Origin: Octopus sinensis
Lineage: Eukaryota
Length of the DNA stretch: 64,000 nucleotides
Assembly (NCBI RefSeq): GCF_006345805.1
Contig: NC_043003.1
Span: 23,622,001-23,686,000, forward strand
Direction: 5' to 3'
The notes under the pieces are model-generated. The model did no database searches. It was not told the origin of the DNA and worked only from the letters and a program-made list of their open reading frames with translations. A program made the position numbers and the translations under genes. Below are positions 11,786-25,111 of the stretch, piece after piece. The stretch's first letter is position 1; every line of letters begins with the position of its first letter.

Positions 11786-12876
11786 ACACACATACTTTAT
11801 GGATGTGATATCCAACCGGTCTTCGCAATTTAAATTAGCTTTATAAGAGACATTGTGAAGTAATCATTTCTTGTGACAAAGGAGTCTCGCCATTTTGGTT
11901 ACTTCAAAGTAAGAATGTGTCTAGAGAGTGGACAAAGGGAGGCAACAGGTGGCAAGAGGGACAACTAACTAATTTAAATAGCGAAAACCAGTTGGATATC
12001 ACAACATCCATAAACTATGTATATATATAAAAAATTATTTTATAAACGATATTAAATTATGTGAAACGATGGCATTTCTCTTACACTGCTTATATGTTTT
12101 CCATATATATATGTATACACATACATTCATATATATATATATATATATATATACATAGAAAAATACGTACATATATGCGTAAATATATGTGTGCGTGTGT
12201 GCGCACATGTGCGTGTATATAAGGCAACAAGAATTTATACTTATGCAGACAGAAATTCCTTCTAAACACATTCGCGCATGTAATGTAATATATACATCAG
12301 GCACTAACACACAGGTATTCGCACACACACTCATACATTTACACATACATACAACGAATAAAACCCCCACACTCAGACGCTCTTTCATGTGTTACATATG
12401 TTACACACTCCAATACAACGAAGCACACGCACGCGTACACACACACACACACACAGGCGCACGGTCGGTTTCTTGTGCTAGGCACAGAGGTTGACACAAG
12501 TTTCATGACCAGGCATTCACTCCAAAACAACTCCAAACAACTCTTCTTTTGAAAGCATCTGGTGTCGCTGAAATTGCCAATCTCGCTCCTAACAACATGT
12601 GACTTGTCTTTACCAATAACGACCGATTTTAGACTTTACGTCTCCATTCAGTAATCTGGACCCGAACGCGCTCGGTTTCTGTAAGAAGCCTGCGAAACCT
12701 TAAATCACGTGGAACCGAATCAAAATGTTTTAAATAACAATGTATATAAATCGTATTTCATATATTGAATGCCTTTATCATTTGTTTGTCCCGTTACTCG
12801 TACATATATATTCGTGTGTTTGTGTCTGTGTGTGTGCATGTATGCGTGTGTGTGAGTCTGTAGGTATTAAAAGGTA

Positions 12877-13108
12877 TAAGGCGGCGAGCTGGCAGAAACG
12901 TTAGCACGCCGGGCGAAATGCTCAGCAGTATTTCGTCTGCCGCTACGTTCTGAGTTCAAATTCCGCCCAGGTCGACTTTGCCTTTCACCCTTTCGGGGTC
13001 GATTAAATAAGTACCAGTTACGCACTGGGGTCGATATAATCGACTAAATCCGTTTATCTGTCCTTGTTTGTCCCTTCTGTGTTTAGCCCCTTGAGGGTAG
13101 TAAAGAAA
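12877..13108 (+). mobile_element. SINE family A monomer with TSD
   Basis: Full head and core, flanked by TAGGTATTAAA(A/T)GGTA at 12861-12876 and 13109-13124. Confidence 0.92.
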
Positions 13109-13584
13109 TAGGTATTAAATGGTAAGTTCAAACATAGAAGTGAATATCATAGCGAAGAAGAAGGAGAGAGAGAGATAGGAAGAGAGAATGAGAGGCGGAT
13201 AACAATGTAAAATGGGTCGAAGTGATTCACCTGGAAAATAGATTAGGATTAGAATGTTCAAGATCTTAAGTCTAATAACGAAATATGAAACGTAGATCAA
13301 ATTATGAACGAACGAATGACGAGAAATAGAATATTGAAGTAAATAGGAACGTGAGGGTACAGGACAATGCAAAGAAAGATAAGAGCGAAAAATAGTTCTT
13401 CGGTACATGAGACAACTTTTACAGATGCCAGTAGTTTAATTGCAGGAATACTGAAGAAGTTTAAAGAAGAGTTCAGGTCGGAGGAGAGATGTAGGCTGAG
13501 GGAAATATTAAAGTTATGTAGAGGGGAAAAATCAGAGCAAAATCCATCAATTTCGCTCTCCATACATTATATATATATTATATA

Positions 13585-13697
<113 letters not shown>

Positions 13698-13700
13698 ATA

Positions 13701-13885
13701 GGTGTAGGAGTGGCTGTGTGGTAAGTATCTTGCATACGAACCATATGATTCCAGGTTCGAGTCCCACTGCGTGGCACCATCGGCATGTGTCATCTACTAT
13801 AGCCGACCAAAGCCTTGTGAGTGGATTTGGTTGACGGAAACTGAAAGAACCCCTTCGTATGTACGTGTGTGTACATATATGTATC

Positions 13886-13941
<56 letters not shown>

Positions 13942-14158
13942 TGTGTGTGTGTGTGTGTGGTGTGTGTGTGTGTTTGTCAATCGCTTCACAACCGATTTTG
14001 GTGTGTTTACGTCCCCGTAAACTACAGGTTCGGCAAAAGCGATCGATAGAATAAGCATTACGCTTAAAAAGAATAAGACCTGGCCTCGATTTGTTCGACT
14101 AAAATGGCGGTGCGCCAGTGTTGGAAATGACTGAAGCAAATAAAAGAATGAAAGAAAG
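13701..14158 (+). mobile_element. SINE family B (tRNA head, CORE-like domain, internal (TA)n(GT)n), full length, flanked by (TA)n
   Basis: A-box TGGCTGTGTGG, B-box GGTTCGAGTCCC, GTGGCACC..GTGTC core and a conserved 3' half. Confidence 0.9.
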
Positions 14159-14190
<32 letters not shown>

Positions 14191-14670
14191 GTGTGTGTGT
14201 GTGTGTGTGTGTGTTTGTGTGTGTATGTGTGCGCGCGTGTGTGTGTGTTTATGTATATGTCTACGTATATGTATATTTACAGAGTGAGTAGTGAGAGAAA
14301 GAGAGAAGCATAAATGTGTATATATTTATATAAATATATATATATACATATACATGCATATATGTGTATGCACATGTGTTTATGTGCGTGTGTGATGTGT
14401 GTGTAGAGAGAGAGATATATGTCTCTGTGCATGTATATTTGTGTGTCTACATATACCTTTATAAACTTATATGTTTGTAAATGCAGATTTGTGTATTTCG
14501 GGAAGGAGAACGAAAAAGGTAGGAATGTATACTTTTCCTTTATCTATCCGGACGGTTCTGGCTTATGCTCGGTGCAATGTCTTATGTATATGTCCGTATA
14601 TGTGTATACACACACACACATACGCACACTCACACATACACACATATATATGTATATACACACACACATA

Positions 14671-14934
14671 TGCATCCTTATATATTTACAATGAGACGAT
14701 GAAATGTCTACTTCTCTGTCTGACTTTCTATCAGTGCATTGGATATGTATGTTTCTGCATGCGTGCGCAGTTTTATATTGAATTGGAAGATTATAGTTAC
14801 AGATGCCAGATAATTAAAAATGATGGGTATATGGGGGGAAAGGGGAACAATTCGACCCATTGAAATCACGTTTGTGGTCGAAACGTTGATAACTTTTATG
14901 TATTTATATTTCATTTTCCAATAACAATAATAAT

Positions 14935-15031
<97 letters not shown>

Positions 15032-15043
15032 TAATAATAATAA

Positions 15044-15082
<39 letters not shown>

Positions 15083-15778
15083 GTTAGCAAACATAAAAAT
15101 AACAAAAAAATGCCTATAAAATGCAATCTCGGGCATTTAATATAGCAAAGAGATATTGGAAATAAAAACAAAATTGATGATTTATTGTTGGTTTGCAAAA
15201 ATGATACTGTCAGACAGTCTTAATATTTGATTTGAAGGAATGAGGAATATAAAAATAACAGATTGTTTAGATTGAAATAAAATATGTCGTTTATCTCAAA
15301 AATATTGGAATAGTCATATTAAGTTTTTGAAGCAAAACGGCGTCTGAACCGCTTGTTATACAATACATATTGTACATATCTAATTGTATCTTTGTATGTA
15401 GTTATGCATATATATATATAAATACATACATCCACACACACACACATATATATATACATACATACATATATATATATACATACATACACACACACACACA
15501 CATATGCATCCTTATATATTTACAATGAGACGATGAATGTCTACTTCTCTGTCTGACTTTCTATCAGTGCATTGGATATGTATGTTTCTGCATGCGTGCG
15601 CAGTTTTATATTGAATTGGAAGATTATAGTTACAGATGCCAGATAATAAAATGATGGGTATATGGGGGGAAAGGGGAACAATTCGACCCATTGAAATCAC
15701 GTTTGTGGTCGAAACGTTGATAACTTTTATGTATTTATATTTCATTTTCCAATAACAATAATAATTATAATAATAATA

Positions 15779-15869
<91 letters not shown>

Positions 15870-16289
15870 GTTAGCAAACATAAAAATAACAAAAAAATGC
15901 CTATAAAATGCAATCTCGGGCATTTAATATAGCAAAGAGATATTGGAAATAAAAACAAAATTGATGATTTATTGTTGGTTTGCAAAAATGATACTGTCAG
16001 ACAGTCTTAATATTTGATTTGAAGAAATGAGGAATATAAAAATAACAGATTGTTTAGATTGAAATAAAATATGTCGTTTATCTCAAAAATATTGGAATAG
16101 TCATATTAAGTTTTTGAAGCAAAAAGGCGTCTGAACCGCTTGTTATACAATACATATTGTACATATCTAATTGTATCTTTGTATGTAGTTATGCATATAT
16201 ATATATAAATACATACATCCACACACACACACATATATATATATATACATACATACATATATATATATACATACATACACACACACACA
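14671..16289. repeat. Near-identical tandem duplication, period 834 bp
   Basis: TGCATCCTTATATATTTACAATGAG starts at 14671 and 15505. The copies differ by a few single-base changes and microsatellite lengths. Confidence 0.95.
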
Positions 16290-16296
16290 GACACAG

Positions 16297-16330
<34 letters not shown>

Positions 16331-16339
16331 GTATATATG

Positions 16340-16371
<32 letters not shown>

Positions 16372-17593
16372 ATATATATTATATATATATAACATGTGTG
16401 TGTGTGTGTTCGCTTTTCACGTGAAAATGGCTGCGCAAATTGAATTGCTCCCATACTTGGAATGCATGAATAATTTGATCTCTGATACATAATAGGCTCT
16501 TCGCTTTATTTTTTTATTAAAAATAAATAATATTGCTTTATATATCAGATTCATATCTTTAAAAATGTTTATTAATGTCAGCTTCCCGTATTGACTTAGC
16601 AACAGCGAAATTTTCCGTTTTCATTTGCGAAACCTCTCACACTCTGTACTAACGTTTTCATTTCAAGTTTTAATTCGCTGTTTACAAACAACAACGATAC
16701 GATACTCATCGAAATATCCACTAAGTTCACAAATTTCGCTTGAACGCGTACACTTCATGAATTTCCGTAAATCTTTTATTCATTTAATTTTTGCGTGCCG
16801 TGTTCAGCGCTGTGTATTTCTAGTCACTCACAGACTATAATATTTACTATAGATTTAATGTGGAATTTATATACATTTATCCCAAATATATGTTTATCTC
16901 ACATAGTATAATAAAATTGTACTCCTTTCTGCCGTGATATTGTGCATACCAGAAGCAGAAATTTCTTATCAATATATTGCTTACAAATAGTTTAAAGCTG
17001 GGAGCGTATTCTTCATTTACAAGTGGGATTCTCTTTTGCAGGAATAACAGTTACGAATGAATAAAGATTGAAGGAAAGTCCTAGAAAATCGAAGGGTTGA
17101 AGTTTATAATTTTTTTTATAATGATTCTGATAAATCTATTCCCTCTTAGAGACCAGTCTCAGAAATTCAACATAGCAAAACGCACAACTAGGCCAGGGAC
17201 GCATAGAGTTTCTTCACAAACAGACAAAATGAGATGAGACATTCCGGCGTCCAACTGGGAAGACTTTAAAAATATATTTTAACCTTATCTCAACTGAACA
17301 ATAGAATTATCTATATTTATTAAGTGTTGCAAACTGTTTGGATATTCAATAGAGCATAGAACTACATTATTGCCGATGTCTTTCCTAACGGCTTTTTAAT
17401 TGTCAGTTCAAATTAAGTTAAGTTCAACTTTTAGCTCTTAAACTTTCTAGCTCGATAAAAATGTACGACTGAAAGATTGTGGTTAATATCATGATTAACT
17501 TTAGGGACATTCCTCACAGTTTTCTTGTATTAGAAATTACTATTTAAATTGATATATAAACTGGAAAAACATACGTCAATATTTTCAAATATT

Positions 17594-17808
17594 GTAAGGC
17601 GGCGAGCAGGCAGAAACGTTAAGCACGACGGGCAAAATGCTTAGCGATATTTCGTCTGTCTTTACGTTCTGAGTTCAAATTCGCCGAGGTCGACTTTACT
17701 TTTCATCCTTTGGGGTTGATAAATTAAGTACCAGTTGCGCACTGGGATCGATCTAATCGACTGGTCCCTTCCCCAAAAATTTCGTGCCTGGTGGCCAGAG
17801 TAGAAAAG
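17594..17808 (+). mobile_element. SINE family A monomer with a 16-bp TSD
   Basis: AATATTTTCAAATATT at 17578-17593 and 17809-17824. Confidence 0.92.
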
Positions 17809-18215
17809 AATATTTTCAAATATTCTGTTATAAATTTCTTTACATATCTTCATTTATATTTACTCTCATATAATATGTGCAAGAAAAGGATCCTTGAAGT
17901 CGTCTGTTTCTGATTATCAGTGGATAAATAATAGATTTGTTAGGGAAAAATTTGAAAAATATATCATTCTTTAAAGTGCTAGTGATTAAGTACCACCACC
18001 ATAATATACAAACACGCTAAATATCACCTGCACATATACTCACACACATGCACATACATACAAAAACATATATACATAGATACGCTCAGCGCAAATACAG
18101 ATAATGCACACATTTTACACACATGCATGGACATAAACACACACACTCCCCCCACACTTCCCTACCTTCAAAATGACATTTTCTATCTCTCACCAAATAC
18201 CACTTACATAATGAT

Positions 18216-18790
18216 TTGGTACGTAATAATAATCATGCTTTTCTCCGGATTCTCTGCTCTAGAAACAATGAAGCCTTCGACATTATCATACAAAATCTAC
18301 GCATCCTCACAGGAGATAAGGCAATGAACAAAGTTTTAGGCTCACACAAAATTATCAAAGGCAAAATACAACCGACATCATTGAAAACATATTACCCAGC
18401 GCAAGACTATATCAATTAACAACGGAACCAAAAGGGCAAACATGTGGTCGACCTAACTGTGGCACATGCCCCCGACTTTTTGAGGGATCAGAGTTCCACT
18501 TTAAACAAGGTAAAATATTTAAGATTAAATAAAATTTCACCTGTGCCTCGGAAAACCTAATCTATAACATTACATGGGTGTGGTAATCTTTATTATTAGC
18601 CAAACAGGAATATCATTCTGTCGAAGAACTACTCTCCACAAAGAATAATCCACCACCACAATACAGATACAGATCAGTGAACACATTGAAAGGTGTACTA
18701 GGAACCTCAGTACAGCAACGAATGAATAAAGAGTCAACTTTCATCAATAAATATCTTCCACAACTCAATATGAACACACAACATAATACA
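18216..18790 (+). pseudogene. Penelope-like element C-terminus: Cys linker and GIY-YIG endonuclease, decayed
   Basis: Frames give RNNEAFDIIIQNLRILT, TCGRPNCGTC, FTCASENLIY, I(S/G)QTG..R...H and KESTFINKYLPQLN, with stops and frameshifts. The Cys linker suggests the Neptune group. Confidence 0.85.
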
Positions 18791-18965
18791 GAACACTACT
18801 AACCTTTCAATTAATACCACTAACCCCCATACATCCAATACACCATTCACATTACAGATCTATATATACCCTAATTGCACCAAATCCAGAACTACTTACT
18901 TCCCTTACACATAATCTTTTTACTCAGGGACTAGTAGACACGACACCGTTCGGTAATCTGTGCGT

Positions 18966-19013
18966 ATTCAAAGCAGTGAATAGAAATTTTACGAAACCGT
19001 TATGCCTTTGAAT
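18966..19013 (+). ncRNA. Degenerate hammerhead motif in the 3' terminal repeat of the PLE relic
   Basis: ATTCAAAG-CA / TG-C-CTTTGAAT stem I encloses GTGAATA (CTGANGA with 2 changes), G..C, GAAAC-CG-TTA. Confidence 0.55.
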
Positions 19014-19209
19014 CTATTTAACAATTCACAATAATGACGTTTATTATTTTATCCCTGCCTCAGTTCATCCATTGGTATATATCTATCGTTACTTTTCAAA
19101 AAAATAATGTTGTTCTTATTTCCAATCTGCATTTTCGCTTCTTTGCCTTCTCACTTTTCCCGTACATTTCCACGTGCAGTTCATGTTTTCTTTTTGTAAC
19201 ATATTTCTG

Positions 19210-19210
19210 T

Positions 19211-19287
<77 letters not shown>

Positions 19288-19301
19288 ATATATACAAATA
19301 C

Positions 19302-19332
<31 letters not shown>

Positions 19333-19402
19333 TATGTGTATGTGTGTGTGTATTTGTGTATATATGCATATATATATATGTATGTGTGCATATATATATA
19401 TA
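19210..19402. repeat. (TA)n-rich array terminating the PLE relic
   Basis: Directly visible. Confidence 0.93.
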
Positions 19403-19704
19403 TTGGAAAATGTGTGAGATCCTTGGTACATGACTCCACTGGTAGTTCTTATCAGTTTATTTTATTATTTTAAAAAATTTAATAATATAAATTTTATACT
19501 TTAGTTCGTGGATCTAGTAAGTTCTTTGTTAACTTCGTTGAGGTGATTTAAAAAAATACAATTCCTTGTTAACTTTTCTGGAAAACTTTCTTGCATTCGT
19601 TGTCAAACAGATCTGAGGGTTTGGGGCTTTGTGATTGTATATACGGCATTTCGGTGTGTTTGTGGTGGAGTTGTGGCATCAACGTGGGAGTGAGAAAATA
19701 TTGA

Positions 19705-19728
19705 ATAACAATAATAATAATAATAATA

Positions 19729-19778
<50 letters not shown>

Positions 19779-19800
19779 GCAATAATAATAATACTATAAC
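19705..19800. repeat. (TAA)n microsatellite
   Basis: Directly visible. Confidence 0.93.
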
Positions 19801-20227
19801 ACTATGTACGTATGTATGTATATGTATGAGATGTCTCTAAACTCAAAACAGGCTTCTTTCAGACTGGGTTTAAGATTAAACTCCGGTACTATAGGATTTT
19901 CATTCACCTATAAATCCACTGGAATTATTGAGGAACAATAGTGTTTCAATATCTGTTAGCTTAAAGCTATTATTCAACTTCATTCCCTGAAGGAAATGTT
20001 AGTAGTGGGCATTGGGTATTTGCAATACACTGATAAATGATAACAGTATTCGGTAGTTAATTCCTGCTAGATTTGATACTTTATTTGAACAATGCTCCAC
20101 CTGTTGGTTTGCATCATTTGTGCTTTACTATTAACAAAGCTTCTGTACCTAATCACCTGGGTTCTTTCGCGGAAGTTTGAATAGTGCTATTAACTAATGT
20201 CTTTTATCTGTAATATGCTAGAATGGT

Positions 20228-20589
20228 AATTCCACCGACGTCGAGTTTGCCTTTCATCCTTTCGGGGTCGATAAATTACGTACCAGTTGTGTACAGGGGT
20301 CGGTCTAATCGACTGGCGCCGTCACCCCAAATTCCAGGCCTTGTCCCTAAAGTAGAAAAGAATATGCTAGAATGGTAAGGCAGCGAGCTGGCAGAAACTT
20401 AGCACGCCGGGTGAAATGCTTAACCTTATTTCGCCTGTCTTTACGTTCTGAGTTCAAATTTTGACGAGGTCAACTTTGCTATTCATCCTTTCAGGGTCGA
20501 TGAATTATGTACCAGTTGTGTACTTGGGTCGATCTAATTTACTGGTCCCCTCCCCTAAAATTTTGGGCTTTGTGTCTCGAGTAGGAAAG
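20228..20589 (+). mobile_element. Two SINE A copies in tandem separated and flanked by the same 16-bp target repeat
   Basis: AATATGCTAGAATGGT at 20212 and 20361, AACATGCTGGAATGGT at 20590. The first copy is 5'-truncated and the second is full length. Confidence 0.88.
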
Positions 20590-21441
20590 AACATGCTGGA
20601 ATGGTTGTGATTGTAACCGAAGAGAAAATGTTGTACATCAGTTTTCCGGAGAAACACGATCGAATATCAACTATATTTAACGAAGTATGAAATACAAAGA
20701 TAGAAATATAGCAAAGGTACAAGTAACTTTCCAACGGGGGAGAGAAAACAACGAAAAGCACGTACTAGCCGACCTTTAATTACTAACATCCTATCAGCAG
20801 AGGGCTTTATGCCGTATCGAATTAGGAATAATACAATCGAAAATTTAGCTGCACGAATTATGGGAAAATAATTTCTTCATAAGAAATCAATTCCCTCAGC
20901 CACTCGCAGCACAGAGACAGCCTCCATCAAATTTCACGCCTCTATTTCTAAATATAAGACCACCGCAACAGAGAATATGACAAAAATATAGAATATCAAT
21001 GTTGATCTATTCCAGTCTCTTGAGATGTGGCGTGATAAAAGTATTATACAATTCGATGAAATATTGCAAAATTTATTTAGTCTAATGGTAATAGACAAAG
21101 ATATAAACTGAACAAAAGTGGTGGACTTAACGAGAATTTAGCTTTTATAGACAGAAATAGGCTATTATGTGAAGTGAAAGGGAAAACCGCTTTAGAAATT
21201 CAACATTTCGGCAAATTATGATATAGTCCATCAGCTTTAGAATTTCAACGTTTCAGTTAATGTAGTTATTTTGTAAACTATTATACTGAAATTATTCCTC
21301 AAACGAGGAATGCCATGAGACCGAATTCCATTTTTTTAGCCAGTTGCTGCAGATCTGGTTATATCTATGGGCAAACAAAATACGGAGAGAGAGGAGGAGC
21401 ATATATTTTTAATAATTCTCTTCTTCCATAATTGATCCCAC

Positions 21442-21604
21442 GGCAGGAGTAGCTGTGTGGTAAGTAGCTTGCATACGAACTATATGATTCTGGGTTCAGT
21501 CCCACTGCGTTTCACATGGGCTTCTACTATAGCCTCGGACTGACCAAAGCCTTGTGAGTGAATTTCGTAGACGGAAACTGAACAAAGCCCGTCGTATATA
21601 TATC

Positions 21605-21635
<31 letters not shown>

Positions 21636-21872
21636 GTATGTGAGTGTATATGTTTGTGTCTCTGTGTTTGTCCCCCCCCCCCAACATCGCTTGACAACCG
21701 ATGCTGGTGTCTTTACGTCACCGTAACTTAGCGGTTCGGCAAAAGTGAACGATGTAATAAGTACTAGGCTTACAAAGAATAAGTCCTGGGGTCGATTTGC
21801 TCGACTAATGGCGGTGCTCCACCATAGTCGCAGTCACATGACTGAAACGAGTAAGAGAGTAAAAAGAGTAGA
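21442..21872 (+). mobile_element. SINE family B, full length
   Basis: Same head, internal (TA)n, 3' half and (TAAAAGAG)-like tail as the other copies. Confidence 0.9.
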
Positions 21873-21940
21873 GCACAGTAAGAAATTAATTCAAGGGGAC
21901 CTGGCAGATAACGATAGACTTTTGATACGCACACACACAC

Positions 21941-21980
<40 letters not shown>

Positions 21981-22262
21981 TACAAACGAAAACGAATACA
22001 TTGTAAAAAGAGGCGAGGATGAATGGCGATGAATCAATATCAGGACAAAACTCAATATAAGCAAAATAAACGTACCAAATACATTAAAGTTATGACCTAA
22101 CAAATAAGATCCCTTCATTTCCAGTGACACTTATGAGAGTCAAGCACTACATTTATTTATTGTGTTGCAGTGAACCAAGTAATAAAACAACACTGTAACA
22201 CTAGCCCAAACTCCCCAATCCTAATAAATAGGCGTACTTATTAGGGGGTCGTATATATATGT

Positions 22263-22306
<44 letters not shown>

Positions 22307-22539
22307 CTATATATATATATATATTATATATATATATATATATATATTATATACATATATATATATGCACATATGTATTTATATATAGGATTTTGCAAAG
22401 CCGAGATAGAGCACATTCATGCTTGAGTCATTTAGCAGCTGTTTTAACACCCGGTGTTAGTGTTGCAAAAGCTGTATTTTTTAAGGAACGTTTTAAGGAA
22501 CGTTTTAATATGTGTGTGTGTGTATGTGTGTGTTTGTGT

Positions 22540-22585
<46 letters not shown>

Positions 22586-22586
22586 T

Positions 22587-22685
<99 letters not shown>

Positions 22686-22710
22686 TGATAGATAGACAGA
22701 TAGATAGATA
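22540..22710. repeat. (GATA)n microsatellite
   Basis: Directly visible. Confidence 0.97.
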
Positions 22711-22715
22711 AACTC

Positions 22716-22840
22716 CTAAAGCAAGGATATTATTGAATGTTACATCGATGTTTCGGCCAGTTTCGCCAACGTCGGACTGTCCGATGATGATTTCATTGAC
22801 CGAAACTTTGAAGCCACAGTTAATAATATACTTGCTTAAG
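22716..22840. repeat. Old palindrome (about 62-bp arms, centre 22778); each arm carries a degenerate hammerhead core
   Basis: Centre TCGGAC-T-GTCCGA. The arms read CCGATGATG..GACCGAAACTTTGAAGCCACAGTTAATAATATACTTGCTT (+) and CCGACGTTG..GGCCGAAACATCGATGTAACATTCAATAATATCCTTGCTT (-). Confidence 0.65.
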
Positions 22841-23293
22841 TATGATAAATTTGTACTCTACAAAATATAGAGGAACCCATCATATCACTATAAAATTGTC
22901 TGTAATATAACTAAGCATAAAAACAAACATACACATATAAATTTCCCCCTGTCTCCGCCCCCCTCTCTCTCTCTCTGTACATATATTCCTATTTATAATC
23001 GCTTAAGAGTTATTTTCATTGTATTAAATGCATTATGTTCTATTCTATTCCTGATTTTAATAATATTTCACGCTCAATGGTTCTAACGTAGTTTCGTTTT
23101 TGGACCCGTTTCCGAAACTTGAACACAATGATGTCTTGGCATTGTCAAGGGAATTTAATATAATTCTATTCAGAATCTCGAGAGTTCGATCTAGTTACGA
23201 TTTATTACTCCAGTGATTAGTTTAAAAACATATATCTTGATAACAGAGTATCACTGACCCATTGTGTTGTGTATATATTCAAGCGCACATTAG

Positions 23294-23329
<36 letters not shown>

Positions 23330-23561
23330 AAGATAGATACATAACTAGATAGGCAGTAGTACAGATATATATATCGATATAATACATATGCATAATATAT
23401 ATATATATAATCCAGAGAGAGAGAGAGAACAGGAACGTTAAACCCTGAATAAAAATTATTTTTTGCTGCGTTTTAATAAAGCATATTATTCTACCTCTGG
23501 TATTCGAATACTATTTTTCCACCTTGTTTCTCATTTATTGTATTATATATATATATATATA

Positions 23562-23613
<52 letters not shown>

Positions 23614-23616
<3 letters not shown>

Positions 23617-24045
23617 CATGCCATGGGTAAATTGTCACTATTTTATATTTTTAATTTCGGACTAGTGTATTGTTTGTTTGTTTTTATTTTGTCGACTATG
23701 CAATAGAGTATTGTCGGTGGGGCACCGTCTGTGAGAAAGACGGCACCATGACTCAATTCACCTTGTCCCTAATTTGGAAACGACATGCTGTACTGCTTGG
23801 CATGCGCGCCGGAAGCTCCAATACGCCGGAAGATCCAATACGATCATATCAGAGTTTTTGGGTGTCAGTCTGAGGACAGTGCATGTACAGAGAGTGAAAA
23901 GAATCAAACATCCAGTCAACATCATGGTGTCTGATCACTAGTGATACCTGGAGGATGTATTGCTGTCCTGGTTCAAGAGTGTTGCTGCCGGAAGATTCTA
24001 TGTCTGGCAACAAAACACTGCACTATGCCGCAGAAGCAGGAAAAT
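23614..24045 (+). mobile_element. Tc1/mariner DD37D (maT-like) relic, 5' end with internal deletions
   Basis: TA|CAG start; MTQFTLSLIWKRHAVLLGMRAGSSNT N-terminus; KHPVNIMV and YVWQQ-like remnants. Homologous to 57240-57891. Confidence 0.8.
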
Positions 24046-24145
24046 CATTGAAAAATAGAATAAAATCTTTATAAGAATTTATCAAGTAGTTAGCGTGAAA
24101 AACCTCATACGGGAAAATCCATCAATTTTTTCTTAAATATATTTA

Positions 24146-24271
24146 TTAATATTGAGGGCATTATTATACATAAATACTATACATAAATGTGTTTATTTAT
24201 TTTGTTAGTTTTGACTTTAAGAGTCCCTCCTAGCGTGTGGTATTTATGTATAGTAGTGCCCTCAATATTAA
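24146..24271. repeat. 32-bp inverted repeat just upstream of a (TA)n array
   Basis: TTAATATTGAGGGCATTATTATACATAAATAC (24146-24177) versus the reverse complement of 24240-24271, 2 mismatches. Confidence 0.85.
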
Positions 24272-24307
24272 TTAAAGATATATATCTATATATATATATG
24301 TATATAC

Positions 24308-24389
<82 letters not shown>

Positions 24390-25111
24390 TTATATATATA
24401 AAGTGATGACAGTAAAAGCTTTATATACTTTGGATGCAACTATAAGATGTCTATCATGAAAGTATCTAATTTAGTATCAAGTAAAGTAAGTAGCTATATA
24501 ACATAAACAAATGGAAAATTCCTTTCTGACTTCAAGGAACCCAGGAAACACAAAGCAAAGGCCACAATAAAACAATGGATTTGAATAAAAAGGGTATATA
24601 ACAAAAATCCACGCTGTAACTGAAACTAGAGAATTGCATGATAAATGATTGCAAGAAAATTTCCACCATTGCAAATATTGAATTAAGCTTAAAAGAATAG
24701 AAATAAAGAAAATACAACCCAACAGTGACTTATAGGTCTCAGATCAGAGACTGATGCTTTCTTAATTGTCACACAAAATCAACGCCTCCTCATCAGGCGC
24801 AAGGTGGATGTATCATATGGGGAAACGCTATAATGACGATTAATGACTGAGTATATCTCCAATAAAGGAGAAAAATTTTTTCTGAGCTTTCAAAAACTAT
24901 CTAATGTAGATACAACTATAAATGGAATTTATTTGAATAATATATACGTAATAATGTATGTAAAGATTTTATGATGTTCTATAGCAGACATCACTGTAAC
25001 ATTACTTTTAAAAGAACCTGGAAATATCCCAGTACTAAAGAGAAAAATATCTTCTAGTTCTCATATTATTGTTGATAGCATAAATTGAGAGTATTTTTAA
25101 GAGGTAATATA

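Noticed and set aside
12675-12720. CTGTAAGAAGCCTGCGAAACC hammerhead-like motif
   Set aside because: There is no valid NUH cleavage triplet in register with the putative stem I.
14855-14890. Hammerhead-like GTGGTC-GAAAC-GTT (duplicated near 15700)
   Set aside because: The 5' core needs 3 or more substitutions and there is no stem I.
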